A stretch of DNA of 64,000 nucleotides from Synechococcales cyanobacterium VAR_4_metabat_354 (GTDB lineage: Bacteria; Cyanobacteriota; Cyanobacteriia; Cyanobacteriales; Chamaesiphonaceae): contig JANOQI010000024.1 in NCBI GenBank assembly GCA_031414775.1, positions 64,001 to 128,000 of the forward strand. The letters are read 5' to 3'. Position 1 is the first letter of the stretch; every line of letters begins with the position of its first letter. The position numbers and the translations under genes are program-made. Under the pieces are notes generated by a model, which did not search any database, was not told the DNA's origin, and was given only the letters and a program-made list of their open reading frames with translations. Shown here piece by piece: positions 10,552 through 20,405 of the stretch.

Positions 10552-11244
10552 ATGACGGGGCAACCAAACCAGAGTGTCAACTCCCTCTGTCCAACTCCAG
10601 ACTTAGAAGCTTTACGCAATGTTTTTCAACAGGTGGATGGTCAGAGCTGTCCCCACCACTATAACTTTCATATGCACACTATTTGTTCTGATGGCCGTTT
10701 GGAGCCAGCAGAATTGATTAAACAAGCGGTGGACATTGGTCTTACCGATATGGCGATCACCGATCATCACAGTGTGCAGGGCTATTTGTTAGCCGTTCCT
10801 TTGCTAGCACAATATGATGCCGCTATACGGCCACGACTGTGGATTGGTACCGAGATTACGTCTTACATTGGCAATGTTGATGTTCATATTTTGGGCTATG
10901 GTTTTGATCCTGAACATCCCCAGTTGGCTCCCTATCTACGAGGTCGTGAAGCCGAGCGAGACTTGACCATGGCCGAGAAGGTAATTACGGCGATCCAGGC
11001 GGCTGGTGGTCTGGCAGTGCTGGCACACCCTTCGCGCTATCGTCGATCGGCTGAAGAGCTAGTCAAGGTGGTGGCTGACCTGGGTATTGACGGGCTAGAA
11101 ACTTTTTATGCTTACAAAAATACCGATCCCTGGGCACCGACTCCCGGTGAAACGGAACGAGTGCAAGAGTTAGCTCGGCGCTACGGCTTGTTTAGTACCT
11201 GTGGTACCGATACTCACGGTACTAATTTACGGATTCGTCGCTAG
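10552..11244 (+). CDS. PHP domain metal-dependent phosphoesterase
   Basis: NFHMHTICSDG, AITDHHS, VHILGY, LAHPSRY, CGTDTHG. Confidence 0.9.
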   Translation: MTGQPNQSVNSLCPTPDLEALRNVFQQVDGQSCPHHYNFHMHTICSDGRLEPAELIKQAVDIGLTDMAITDHHSVQGYLLAVPLLAQYDAAIRPRLWIGTEITSYIGNVDVHILGYGFDPEHPQLAPYLRGREAERDLTMAEKVITAIQAAGGLAVLAHPSRYRRSAEELVKVVADLGIDGLETFYAYKNTDPWAPTPGETERVQELARRYGLFSTCGTDTHGTNLRIRR

Positions 11245-11253
11245 TTCCAAAAC

Positions 11254-12087
11254 ATGACCGAGCCAATCGATCGATACATTAACGTGGCCGGAGTCCGCAC
11301 CCGCTATTGGCAAATGGGTGAGCAAGGTAGCCCGATCATTTTGTTGCATGGTGGCAATGGTTCGATCGAGTTTTGGCTATATAACTTAGCACCATTAGCC
11401 CAGTATCATCGGGTGTATGCCTTTGATATGTTTGGCTGTGGTCGCTCCAGCATTCCTGACCATCTGGATTATTCGCTAGCCGCTCAAGCGCAGTTTATTC
11501 AGGATTTCATGGCAATTTGCCAGCTAGAACGAGTCAGCCTCGTGGGCAACTCGATGGGCGGTGGGGCGGCGTTGTGTTTTGCTCATTTGTTTCCAGCTCA
11601 GATCGACAGGTTGGTACTCTCGGCACCGCTGGGATGGGGGCGGGAGATTAATCTTGGTTTGCGTCTTTTAACCGTACCCGGTTTACTTAATTGGCTGCGG
11701 CCCAGTCGAGCAATGATCCCGGCCATGCTGAAATGGAATTTTGCCCATCCTGAGAACTTGCCGCCGGACTGGATCGAACGGCGGTATGCAGTTTTTGCGC
11801 TACCCCACCGCCAACGCGCTATGGCAGCACTGGCACGGGCTAATCTCAATCTCTGGGGCGTACAGCCGCCCGTTTACGCAGCCGCCATTGCCCAGTTGCC
11901 CAGTTTACAACCGCCGACTTTGGTCATTTGGGGCGCACTCGATCGCGTGTTGCCAGTTGCTCACGCCCAACGTGCCCAGCAAATTCCGAACCATCAACTA
12001 GCTATTTGGCCAGATTGCGGCCATCATCCTTTTTTAGAATTTCCCCACCGGTTTAATCAGCTAGTGTTAGACTTTTTGGCGAACTGA
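11254..12087 (+). CDS. Alpha/beta fold hydrolase
   Basis: LLHGG, GNSMGG, WGALD, CGHHP triad motifs. Confidence 0.88.
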   Translation: MTEPIDRYINVAGVRTRYWQMGEQGSPIILLHGGNGSIEFWLYNLAPLAQYHRVYAFDMFGCGRSSIPDHLDYSLAAQAQFIQDFMAICQLERVSLVGNSMGGGAALCFAHLFPAQIDRLVLSAPLGWGREINLGLRLLTVPGLLNWLRPSRAMIPAMLKWNFAHPENLPPDWIERRYAVFALPHRQRAMAALARANLNLWGVQPPVYAAAIAQLPSLQPPTLVIWGALDRVLPVAHAQRAQQIPNHQLAIWPDCGHHPFLEFPHRFNQLVLDFLAN

Positions 12088-12126
12088 AAATATCAGCATA
12101 GTCCGCCCAAATTAATTATTAACTTT

Positions 12127-12330
12127 ATGTCTCCATTAGTAAGTACGCTCTTGCGAGTAATCATTTTATCGACAGTTATCTCGATCACTATTAAGTTCGG
12201 TGCCCCCCAGCTGAATATTCCGGCCAATACCACAACTGCTACAATTGGGGTCTTTCTACCAGTCTTGTTGATTGCGCTCTTTCTGGGGTGGCGACAGGTG
12301 CAAGCTGGTGTATCAAGGAGTCAGCCGTGA
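12127..12330 (+). CDS. Small two-helix membrane protein
   Basis: 67 aa with two hydrophobic segments; GTGA overlap with the next gene. Confidence 0.6.
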   Translation: MSPLVSTLLRVIILSTVISITIKFGAPQLNIPANTTTATIGVFLPVLLIALFLGWRQVQAGVSRSQP

Positions 12331-13466
12331 AGTTTGGTCAATGGTTGGGTTTAATCGTTTTAGCGATTAGTTTGTATGTGGTTTGGCAAATTCGCCAACT
12401 GTTGCTGATGGCCTTTGCCGCTATTTTGTTGGCAACATCGCTCAATCAACTGGCGCGAATGCTCCGCCATCGTCTTAATCTCAAAAAAGGGCTATCTACT
12501 CTTATTGCTTTAATAATCTTTTTGCTAGCAGTGATCGCTTTTTCTTGGCTAATTGTGCCGCCTTTAGCCACCCAATTTAAAGAAATTGCTGCCGATAAAT
12601 TGCCTCGTTTATTTGCATTGTCAGCAGACTGGCGTAACCAGTTGGGTCGCTATTTACCAGAACAGATGATGGCCGCAATTCCTGATGCCGCCGCCATTCA
12701 AGAACAAGCCCAACCGATCGGCAAGTTTCTGCTGGGCGGATCTTTTGCTGTTTTTTCTAGTTCGCTAACTGTGATTTTGAATCTGTTGCTGCTGCTGGTA
12801 TTGACTATTATGCTACTGGTACAGCCTGAGTCTTATCGCAAAGTGTTTGTATTGCTTTTCCCCCAATTCTATCGCCGCCGCGTCGAAGGAATTTTGAATG
12901 AATGTGAAATTTCACTAGGTAAATGGGTAGTCGGCGCTGCCATCAGTATGTTGGCGGTGGCGCTGATGAGCACGGTGGGTCTCTGGGCATTAAATATCCC
13001 CTACCCACTAGCTCAAGGAGTGCTAGCTGGCCTGCTCAACTTTATTCCCAATTTGGGTCCGACGCTTAGTGTGATCTTACCGATGGGTTTGGCTTTGTTG
13101 GATGACCCCTGGAAGCCTTTACTCGTGCTAGTACTGTACTTTTTTATTCAGCAAATCGAGAGTAGTTTGCTCACCCCTTATATCATGGCGCAGCAGGTAT
13201 CACTACTGCCGGCACTCACTTTGTTAGCTCAGGTATTTTTTGCCAGTTCTTTTGGCTTTTTGGGATTACTATTGGCCTTGCCGTTAAGTGTGGTCTTCAA
13301 AGTTTGGTTTAATGCGGTGGTTATTGAAGATGTCCTCAACCACTGGCAACACCGCCCTCGTAATCAGGACTTAACAGAAAAGTTGGCGGCTCTAGATCCC
13401 TGGGAGCTGGAGACTGAATCTGAATTAGTCATGATTAAAATGGACTCTACTGATGGAGATAACTGA
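12327..13466 (+). CDS. AI-2E (PerM/UPF0118) family transporter
   Basis: GTG start at 12327; multi-TM; LNFIPNLGP and IQQIESSLLTP motifs. Confidence 0.88.
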   Translation: MKFGQWLGLIVLAISLYVVWQIRQLLLMAFAAILLATSLNQLARMLRHRLNLKKGLSTLIALIIFLLAVIAFSWLIVPPLATQFKEIAADKLPRLFALSADWRNQLGRYLPEQMMAAIPDAAAIQEQAQPIGKFLLGGSFAVFSSSLTVILNLLLLLVLTIMLLVQPESYRKVFVLLFPQFYRRRVEGILNECEISLGKWVVGAAISMLAVALMSTVGLWALNIPYPLAQGVLAGLLNFIPNLGPTLSVILPMGLALLDDPWKPLLVLVLYFFIQQIESSLLTPYIMAQQVSLLPALTLLAQVFFASSFGFLGLLLALPLSVVFKVWFNAVVIEDVLNHWQHRPRNQDLTEKLAALDPWELETESELVMIKMDSTDGDN

Positions 13467-14644
13467 TGCGGACTATTGCTGAAATTAATGATCGAATCCT
13501 TTCTAAAAAAGCCGTAGTTTGTTCAGTAACAGAATTTAAGGCTAAAGTGGCCGAAATTGGCTTAAACGCGGCAGCTCAGCAAGTTGATGTGGTGACTACT
13601 GGCAGCTTTGAGCCAATGGAATCCTCGGGAGCGATCATTAATCTTGGCCACACTGATCCACCAATTAAGATTCGCAGCTGCTGGCTGAATGGGGTACCGA
13701 CCTATGCGGGTTTTGGGGCGGTAGATTTATATTTGGGTGCTACTCAGCTGGCTGATGACAACAATGAATCCGACGAAAAGGGTGGGGCTCATGTTATTGA
13801 AGATTTAATTGCTGGGAAATCGGTAACGCTGAAGGCGATCGGCCAGGGCACAGATTGCTATCCCCGCACTAACTTCAACACCACGATCACTAAAGATACC
13901 ATCAATCAGTTTTATCTTTATAATCCGCGCAACCTCTACCAAAACTTTATTGTGGGCGTGAATGGTGGCGATCGCCCTCTTTATACTTATCTGGGTCCTT
14001 TACAACCCCGGTTGGGCAACGCTGTTTTTTCTAATGCTGGCGCAATTTCACCGCTTTTTAATGATCCGGAGCTGTTATCGATCGGCATCGGCAGTCGCAT
14101 TTTTCTGGGTGGTGGAATTGGCTATGTCGCTTGGGAAGGTACTCAGCATTTCCCTCTCCAAAAGAGGCTAGAAAATCAAACTCCGGTCGGACCGGCAGCG
14201 ACCCTGGCCTTAATTGGCGATGCCAAACAAATGACTGCCGAATGGGTGCGCGGCTGCTACTTTAAAAATTATGGGCCATCACTGATGTTGGGAGTCGGTG
14301 TGGCCATCCCTATTTTGAATGAGCAAGTGGCCGCTGGCTGCGCTGTCAATGATCAGGACATTGTGGCTCCGATCGTCGATTTTTCCATTCCTCGGCGGGT
14401 GCGACCCACTTTTGGCTTGGTGAATTACGCTCAACTCAAAACTGGCAAAATCAAGATTGATGGCCGGACAGTACGGGTTGCGCCGCTAGTCAGCCTCCAT
14501 CGATCGCTAGCAATCGCTGAGTTATTAAAGCAGTGGATTCTGGCTGGCGATTTTACTTTGACTGAACCAGTAGCACCTTTACCGATTGATCGTACTTTTA
14601 TTCCTCAAGATCGGCGCAGTAGTGAGTTGCTAAATGATGAATAA
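13466..14644 (+). CDS. COG1900/DUF39 'homocysteine biosynthesis protein' family (aspartate-semialdehyde sulfurtransferase-like)
   Basis: MRTIAEIN, VDVVTTGSF, GHTDPPIK, GGAHVIEDL, GTDCYPR, NPRNLYQN, YTYLGPL; TGATG overlap with upstream gene. Confidence 0.85.
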   Translation: MRTIAEINDRILSKKAVVCSVTEFKAKVAEIGLNAAAQQVDVVTTGSFEPMESSGAIINLGHTDPPIKIRSCWLNGVPTYAGFGAVDLYLGATQLADDNNESDEKGGAHVIEDLIAGKSVTLKAIGQGTDCYPRTNFNTTITKDTINQFYLYNPRNLYQNFIVGVNGGDRPLYTYLGPLQPRLGNAVFSNAGAISPLFNDPELLSIGIGSRIFLGGGIGYVAWEGTQHFPLQKRLENQTPVGPAATLALIGDAKQMTAEWVRGCYFKNYGPSLMLGVGVAIPILNEQVAAGCAVNDQDIVAPIVDFSIPRRVRPTFGLVNYAQLKTGKIKIDGRTVRVAPLVSLHRSLAIAELLKQWILAGDFTLTEPVAPLPIDRTFIPQDRRSSELLNDE

Positions 14645-14687
14645 TTCTTTTGATAATTTACCAGCTATGCCTGCTGCTGTGATGGTT

Positions 14688-15239
14688 TTAAACTAGCTTA
14701 GGAATTGAGATGGGGTTCATCAAAAATTCGGTAGCTTGGGTCGCGGCTGCCGTTGATACCTGAATCGCTCTCATCTTCACCAAACCATCCCCTAGAAAAA
14801 AGTCCCGCACCGTCGCTCGATCGCCACTGTTAAACTCCGTCTCGTAAAAAATCTCCTTAATTCCCGCCGAAATAATCAGCTTCAGACAGGCCAAACAAGG
14901 CTCCAACGTGACATAGATTGTCGCCCCATCTGTTCTGATGCCATGTTTAGCCGCTTGAGCGATCGCATTAGCCTCGGCATGAATCGACCTGGACGGCAAA
15001 TTATTATCAGTGCATTTTTGCAAACCTTCATAGCAAAAGCCTTGAGCCGTACAATGTGGCGAACCGGGCGGCGAGCCATTGTAACCAGTAGCCAAAATCT
15101 GTCGATCTTTGACGATCACCGCGCCCACTGGAAATGCCAAGCAAGTCGATCGGACTGCTGACAACTTGGCAATCATCATAAAATATTCATCCCATGAAGG
15201 GCGGACATGGATTTCGTTCACGATTTTAGAAGCTGGCAA
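14688..15239 (-). CDS. dCMP deaminase (deoxycytidylate deaminase family)
   Basis: RPSWDEYFM, RSTC, VGAVIV, TGYNG, HAEANAI, EPCLAC zinc motifs. Confidence 0.9.
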   Translation of the reverse strand: MPASKIVNEIHVRPSWDEYFMMIAKLSAVRSTCLAFPVGAVIVKDRQILATGYNGSPPGSPHCTAQGFCYEGLQKCTDNNLPSRSIHAEANAIAQAAKHGIRTDGATIYVTLEPCLACLKLIISAGIKEIFYETEFNSGDRATVRDFFLGDGLVKMRAIQVSTAAATQATEFLMNPISIPKLV

Positions 15240-15317
15240 GGACTTACGACTTTATCTATCTTCTCACAGAGACCGAACACTGGTATCGTGTAATCTTTGA
15301 ATACCTAGACCAAGAAA

Positions 15318-15776
15318 ATGACTTCTTCCAGTCACTTACCCGTTAAAATCAAGCGTCTGGTACCCGCAGCGCAGCTGCCCAGATACGAACATCCTGGTGA
15401 CTCTGGAGCCGATCTCACCGCTGTAATCACCTGCACCATTGAACCTCAGCAATGGCTGGCCGTGCCCACTGGCTTATCCGCCGAGATTCCGATCGGCTTT
15501 GAGCTGCAAGTGAGACCGCGCAGTGGCCTGGCCTTTAAAAAAGGCATTACTGTTCTTAATGCTCCCGGTACGATCGATGCTGGCTATCGGGGCGAAATTA
15601 AAGTGATTTTAATTAACCACGGCTCTGCCCCTTTTGAGATTCAGCCTGGTGATAAAATTGCTCAAATGGTGGTGGCCAGTGTTGTTTTTGGTCAATTTAC
15701 TGAGGTCACTGAATTAGACGAGTCCGCCCGAGGTAGTGGCGGTTTTGGCTCCACGGGAACAGTCTATGCTGAATAA
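15318..15776 (+). CDS. dut: Trimeric dUTP diphosphatase
   Basis: SGADL, RPRSGLA, GTIDAGYRGEI, KIAQMV, RGSGGFGSTG. Confidence 0.96.
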   Translation: MTSSSHLPVKIKRLVPAAQLPRYEHPGDSGADLTAVITCTIEPQQWLAVPTGLSAEIPIGFELQVRPRSGLAFKKGITVLNAPGTIDAGYRGEIKVILINHGSAPFEIQPGDKIAQMVVASVVFGQFTEVTELDESARGSGGFGSTGTVYAE

Positions 15777-17391
15777 TTTTTCGGAAGAATCACTTACTGA
15801 CTCCGAACAATCTTTGCTGCAACCCTTTGTCACCAATCTGGACAAGTCAGTTTTTGGCCTGCGAAATTTACCAGAAGTAGTCAAAGGTGCTTTATTCTCG
15901 CGCTACAGCCGCAGCGAAAAGAGCCTGCGCCAAATTTTGTTATCGGAGTTTATTACGGCTCCAGAATCGGGATTCGATAGTCTCGTTGGGATTAATGCAG
16001 CCAATAATTCTGACCAGTCAGTAGCTACGGGGAAAGCTGAAGCTTTCTACGATCGGGTGCTAATTGGTTACGGCGATGACTCAGTGGCCGAACTTGGTGG
16101 CGCTCACTTGGCTTGTGAAAATATCAGCAACATTGCCGCCAAAGCCCTTGAAGATAGCAGGTTGGGTCTATCCCCCCTTGAAAAATCCACCAGATATTTG
16201 CCCTTCAATAAAAAAAACAATGGGCGCTACCGCTATTTCCGCGAGCCAGAAATCATGGCTTCGCCCCATGCCGCTCTCTACGAAGCCACTCTCGACCATC
16301 TTTTTGATACTTACAGCAATCTAGTAGACCCGTTACTGAGCTGGCTGCAAACTATCACCCCGCGTGACGAGAACACCTCCGAACGCGCTTACCACAGCGC
16401 CACCCGCGCCAAAACTTTTGATTTATTACGGGGCTTACTCCCGATGGCCACTTTGACCAATGTTGGTTTATTTGGTAATGGTCGCGCCTTTGAATATTTG
16501 CTAGTGAAGCTATCAGCCTCCGACCATGCCGAAGTACAGGAGTTGGGCGTGGCGATGAATCAAGAACTCCAGCAAACGATTCCCTCTTTCGTCAAACGTG
16601 CCCATAGCGATCGCGGTCAACAATACGCCGGGTATCTGTCTCAAAACCTACACCAGACTCAGCAAATCACCCAGAAGTTGATGGGACAGGTTGAGCCGGA
16701 GCTTACTGAGACTGTTCAGCTCATCGAATACGACCCAGAAGCCGAAAGTAAAGTAATTGCAGCCATTCTCTATCCCCATAGTGATCTGAACTATGCCCAA
16801 GTCCAGGAACAAGTTAAGAATTTATCATCGGCTAAAAAACTAGAAATCATTAGTACTTATATCGGTAACAGGCAGTCGCGCTTTCACCGGCCAGGTCGCG
16901 CCTTGGAAGAAACCTACTATACTTTTGATATCCTGGCCGACCTAGGAGCCTACCGCGACCTGCATCGCCATCGGATCATGACCCAAGAACGGCAGCGTTA
17001 TACTGTGCGTCACGGCTATATTGTGCCATCAGAACTAACCGAATCTGGTCTGGCAACAACTTACTGTCAGGCCTTAGAACAAACTGCTCAGGCCACTGAA
17101 ATAATTGCCCAGGATTTACCCGTAGCATCTCAATACCTTGTCCCCTTCGCCTACCGCACCCGCTGGCGGATCAAGCTCAATTTGCGCGAAGCCTATCACC
17201 TGATTGAATTACGCAGTGCACGGCAGGGCCATCCCACTTATAGATCGATCGCCCAATCTATGTATCAGCAAATTTTGGCTGTACACCCCACCTTGGTTGC
17301 TAAAATGAGCTTCGTAGACTTAGATGATTATGTACTAGAACGGCTTAGTGCTGAGCAACGCCTCGACCAAAAACTCCAGCAACAAAACTAG
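15766..17391 (+). CDS. thyX: FAD-dependent thymidylate synthase, tandem (two-domain) type
   Basis: ALFSRYSRS, GYGDDSVAELG, LEKSTRY (N-domain); RDLHRHR...QRY, NLREAYHLIELRS, QGHPTYR (C-domain); ATG 15766 overlaps the dut end. Confidence 0.88.
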   Translation: MLNNFSEESLTDSEQSLLQPFVTNLDKSVFGLRNLPEVVKGALFSRYSRSEKSLRQILLSEFITAPESGFDSLVGINAANNSDQSVATGKAEAFYDRVLIGYGDDSVAELGGAHLACENISNIAAKALEDSRLGLSPLEKSTRYLPFNKKNNGRYRYFREPEIMASPHAALYEATLDHLFDTYSNLVDPLLSWLQTITPRDENTSERAYHSATRAKTFDLLRGLLPMATLTNVGLFGNGRAFEYLLVKLSASDHAEVQELGVAMNQELQQTIPSFVKRAHSDRGQQYAGYLSQNLHQTQQITQKLMGQVEPELTETVQLIEYDPEAESKVIAAILYPHSDLNYAQVQEQVKNLSSAKKLEIISTYIGNRQSRFHRPGRALEETYYTFDILADLGAYRDLHRHRIMTQERQRYTVRHGYIVPSELTESGLATTYCQALEQTAQATEIIAQDLPVASQYLVPFAYRTRWRIKLNLREAYHLIELRSARQGHPTYRSIAQSMYQQILAVHPTLVAKMSFVDLDDYVLERLSAEQRLDQKLQQQN

Positions 17392-17447
17392 GTATCTATT
17401 TTTTTACTGGTGTCTAACCCATCGCGATATTTAGGCCAGGATTAACA

Positions 17448-18515
17448 ATGAACAAAGACTGTATTTTGGTGACAGGTGGTGCTGGTTTTATCGGCTCCAA
17501 CTTTATTTCACTGATTATTGACTCCACCACTTTGATATTAATCAATTTAGATAAATTAACTTATGCTGGCAATTTAGCTACGGTGGAACAGTTTGCGAGT
17601 AGTGAACAACACATCTTTGTCCAAGGCGATATTGGCGATCGACAACTCGTTCAGGACTTATTAGAGAAATATCAACCGCAGGCCATTGTTAACTTTGCTG
17701 CCGAAACGCATGTTGATCGATCGATCGACAGTCCCGCTGCTTTTATTGATACCAACATTAATGGCACCTTTAATTTATTAGAAGCTGCTCGTCAATATTG
17801 GCGAAATCTAACTGGTGAGACTCGCGATAAATTTCGCTTTTTGCACATCTCTACCGATGAAGTATTTGGCTCTCTCGCACCAGATGAACCAGCCTTTACC
17901 GAAACTACTCCCTATAGCCCGAATAGTCCCTATTCTGCTTCTAAGGCTAGCTCCGACCACTTAGTGCGCGCCTATTTTCATACCTACGGTTTACCAACTT
18001 TAATTACCAATTGTTCTAATAACTATGGACCTTACCAGTTCCCCGAAAAACTGATTCCATTAATGATTCTCAATGCTTTAGCGGGCAAGCCTCTGCCAGT
18101 CTATGGCGACGGTCAAAATGTGCGGGACTGGCTCTATGTCGAAGACCATTGTCAGGCGATTGCCCTTGTTCTAGAACAAGGAATACCCGGTGAAACGTAC
18201 AATATTGGCGGTAATGCCGAACACGACAATCTGTGGTTAGTGAGGCAACTCTGTACCATTTTAGATGAACTACTACCCACATCCCCCCACCATCCACATC
18301 AACAGCTGATTCAATTTGTGCAAGATCGACCAGGACACGATCTGCGGTATGCGATCGACTTCACTAAAATTCAGCAAGAACTAGGCTGGAAGCCCCGCGA
18401 AGATATCGCTTCTGGTTTGCGCCAAACGGTTCAATGGTACCTAGCACACCAAGATTGGTGTCAAACTGTCACCGCCAATCAGTATCAGCAACAGCGGCTG
18501 GGAGTCAGCACATGA
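17448..18515 (+). CDS. rfbB: dTDP-glucose 4,6-dehydratase
   Basis: [46 protein letters not shown]. Confidence 0.96.
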   Translation: MNKDCILVTGGAGFIGSNFISLIIDSTTLILINLDKLTYAGNLATVEQFASSEQHIFVQGDIGDRQLVQDLLEKYQPQAIVNFAAETHVDRSIDSPAAFIDTNINGTFNLLEAARQYWRNLTGETRDKFRFLHISTDEVFGSLAPDEPAFTETTPYSPNSPYSASKASSDHLVRAYFHTYGLPTLITNCSNNYGPYQFPEKLIPLMILNALAGKPLPVYGDGQNVRDWLYVEDHCQAIALVLEQGIPGETYNIGGNAEHDNLWLVRQLCTILDELLPTSPHHPHQQLIQFVQDRPGHDLRYAIDFTKIQQELGWKPREDIASGLRQTVQWYLAHQDWCQTVTANQYQQQRLGVST

Positions 18516-19384
18516 AAGGAATTATTTTAGCTGGCGGCTCTGGTACTCGTTTGTATCCTCTCACTCGGGTGATTTCCAAACAGCTGATGCCGATCTATGA
18601 CAAGCCGATGATTTACTATCCCTTGTCCACATTGATGCTAGCGGGTATTCAGGAAATCTTGCTGATTTCCACCCCCCATGATTTACCAATGTTTCAAGAG
18701 TTGTTGGGGGATGGCAGCCAAATCGGTTTATCGATTAGTTATGCGTTCCAGCCCAAGCCAGAAGGTCTAGCACAGGCTTTTATTATTGGGAAAAACTTCG
18801 TTGGTAACGATACAGTTGCTCTCATTTTGGGTGACAACATTTTTTATGGTGATAGCCTAAGTTTTAGTCTCCAAAAAGCAGCGCAGCTCAGCCAAGGAGC
18901 GATGGTGTTTGGTTACTATGTTGGTGATGCCTCTCGCTATGGAGTAATCGAGTTTGATACTGAGGGTGTAGCCGTTTCGATTGAAGAAAAGCCACTACAC
19001 CCAAAGTCTAACTATGCAGTGACTGGGTTATATTTTTATGATAATCAAGTAATTGATATTGCTCATGATATTGATTTCTCAGACCGAGGAGAATTAGAAA
19101 TTACGACTGTTAATCAGCGATATCTGGAGATGGGACAATTACAAGTTGATATTTTGGGGCGCGGCACCGCTTGGCTTGATACTGGTACTCACAGCAGCTT
19201 GCTCCAAGCTTCTACTTTTGTTGAGACTATTGAACAGCGACAAGGATTAAAAATCGCTTGTATTGAAGAAGTCGCATTTCGGATGGGATATATTGATGCC
19301 CAACAGTTGATATCGATCGCAAATACTATGGCTAAAAATGACTATGGCAAATATCTGCTCAGATTAGCGATCGAAGGCTTCTAA
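18512..19384 (+). CDS. rfbA: Glucose-1-phosphate thymidylyltransferase
   Basis: [48 protein letters not shown] overlap with rfbB. Confidence 0.96.
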   Translation: MKGIILAGGSGTRLYPLTRVISKQLMPIYDKPMIYYPLSTLMLAGIQEILLISTPHDLPMFQELLGDGSQIGLSISYAFQPKPEGLAQAFIIGKNFVGNDTVALILGDNIFYGDSLSFSLQKAAQLSQGAMVFGYYVGDASRYGVIEFDTEGVAVSIEEKPLHPKSNYAVTGLYFYDNQVIDIAHDIDFSDRGELEITTVNQRYLEMGQLQVDILGRGTAWLDTGTHSSLLQASTFVETIEQRQGLKIACIEEVAFRMGYIDAQQLISIANTMAKNDYGKYLLRLAIEGF

Positions 19385-19434
19385 CTAAATAGTAGCAGCC
19401 TCAAAATACACCGACATTGATGGAAAAGTAGGTA

Positions 19435-20364
19435 ATGAGAACAGTATTAGTCACGGGAGCAAATGGTTTTATTGGATCGGCAACTTGTCATGCTTTGCGA
19501 AATGCTGGGTGGAATGTCTTCGGAACAGTTCGTAGCGCAGTTGCTGAAGACAAGATGTCGGCGGTAGGTGATATTGGAGCAATGACAGCAACAGATTGGC
19601 TACCAATTTTGGTGGGTATTGAGACCATCATTCACTTGGCTGGACGGGCACATGTACTAAAAGAGACGGTCGCCGATCCGCTGGCGGAGTTTCGACGGGT
19701 CAACACAGAAGGAACTAGGCAATTAATGTCTGCAGCCGCAGAGGCTGGAGTTAAACGATTTGTTTTTGTAAGTAGTATTGGTGTAAATGGAGATGTATCC
19801 AATGAAGCTGGATTCACAGAAGAAAGCTCGGTAAATCCCCATAAGCCTTATGCCGTAAGTAAATATGAGGCCGAGTTATTATTGCGATCGATGGTAGCTA
19901 AATCTGAAATGGAGTTAGTGATAGTGAGACCACCACTAGTCTATGGAGCCGGAGTAAAAGGTAATTTCGCTAAGTTAAAGAAGTTAGTAGCCCAGGGAAT
20001 ACCTTTGCCGGTTGGTTTAGCCAATAATCAACGGACATTAGTGAGTGTTGATAATTTGGCAAGTTTTTTAGTACGTTGTGTAGAACATCCTCAAGCGGCA
20101 GGAGAATTGTTTCTAGTAGGAGATGAACATTCAATTTCGACCAAAGAGTTAGTAAGATTACTAGGACACAGTATCGGAAAAAAGAACATATTATTGCCTA
20201 TTCCAGCAATTCTCGCTCGCTTTGGGGCAAGATTGATAGGTAAACAAGACCTGTATAATCAACTTTTCGGTTCACTAGTATTAGATATTAGCAAAGCTAA
20301 AAATCTTCTACAATGGCACCCCCCCGCTAACATTAGAGATTCAATATCACAAGAGGTTGTGTAA
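19435..20364 (+). CDS. NAD-dependent epimerase/dehydratase (WbpV-like extended SDR)
   Basis: TGANGFIG, IHLAGRAH, YAVSK, RPPLVYG. Confidence 0.85.
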   Translation: MRTVLVTGANGFIGSATCHALRNAGWNVFGTVRSAVAEDKMSAVGDIGAMTATDWLPILVGIETIIHLAGRAHVLKETVADPLAEFRRVNTEGTRQLMSAAAEAGVKRFVFVSSIGVNGDVSNEAGFTEESSVNPHKPYAVSKYEAELLLRSMVAKSEMELVIVRPPLVYGAGVKGNFAKLKKLVAQGIPLPVGLANNQRTLVSVDNLASFLVRCVEHPQAAGELFLVGDEHSISTKELVRLLGHSIGKKNILLPIPAILARFGARLIGKQDLYNQLFGSLVLDISKAKNLLQWHPPANIRDSISQEVV

Positions 20365-20405
20365 AGATAGATTAAAGTGATGTTAACTGATTCAAAATAG
20401 CAGCA

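Noticed and set aside
15277..15291. ACACTGGTATCGTGT as a possible NrdR box between the dCMP deaminase and dut
   Set aside because: One base short and a poor match in the central AT-rich core; no second box
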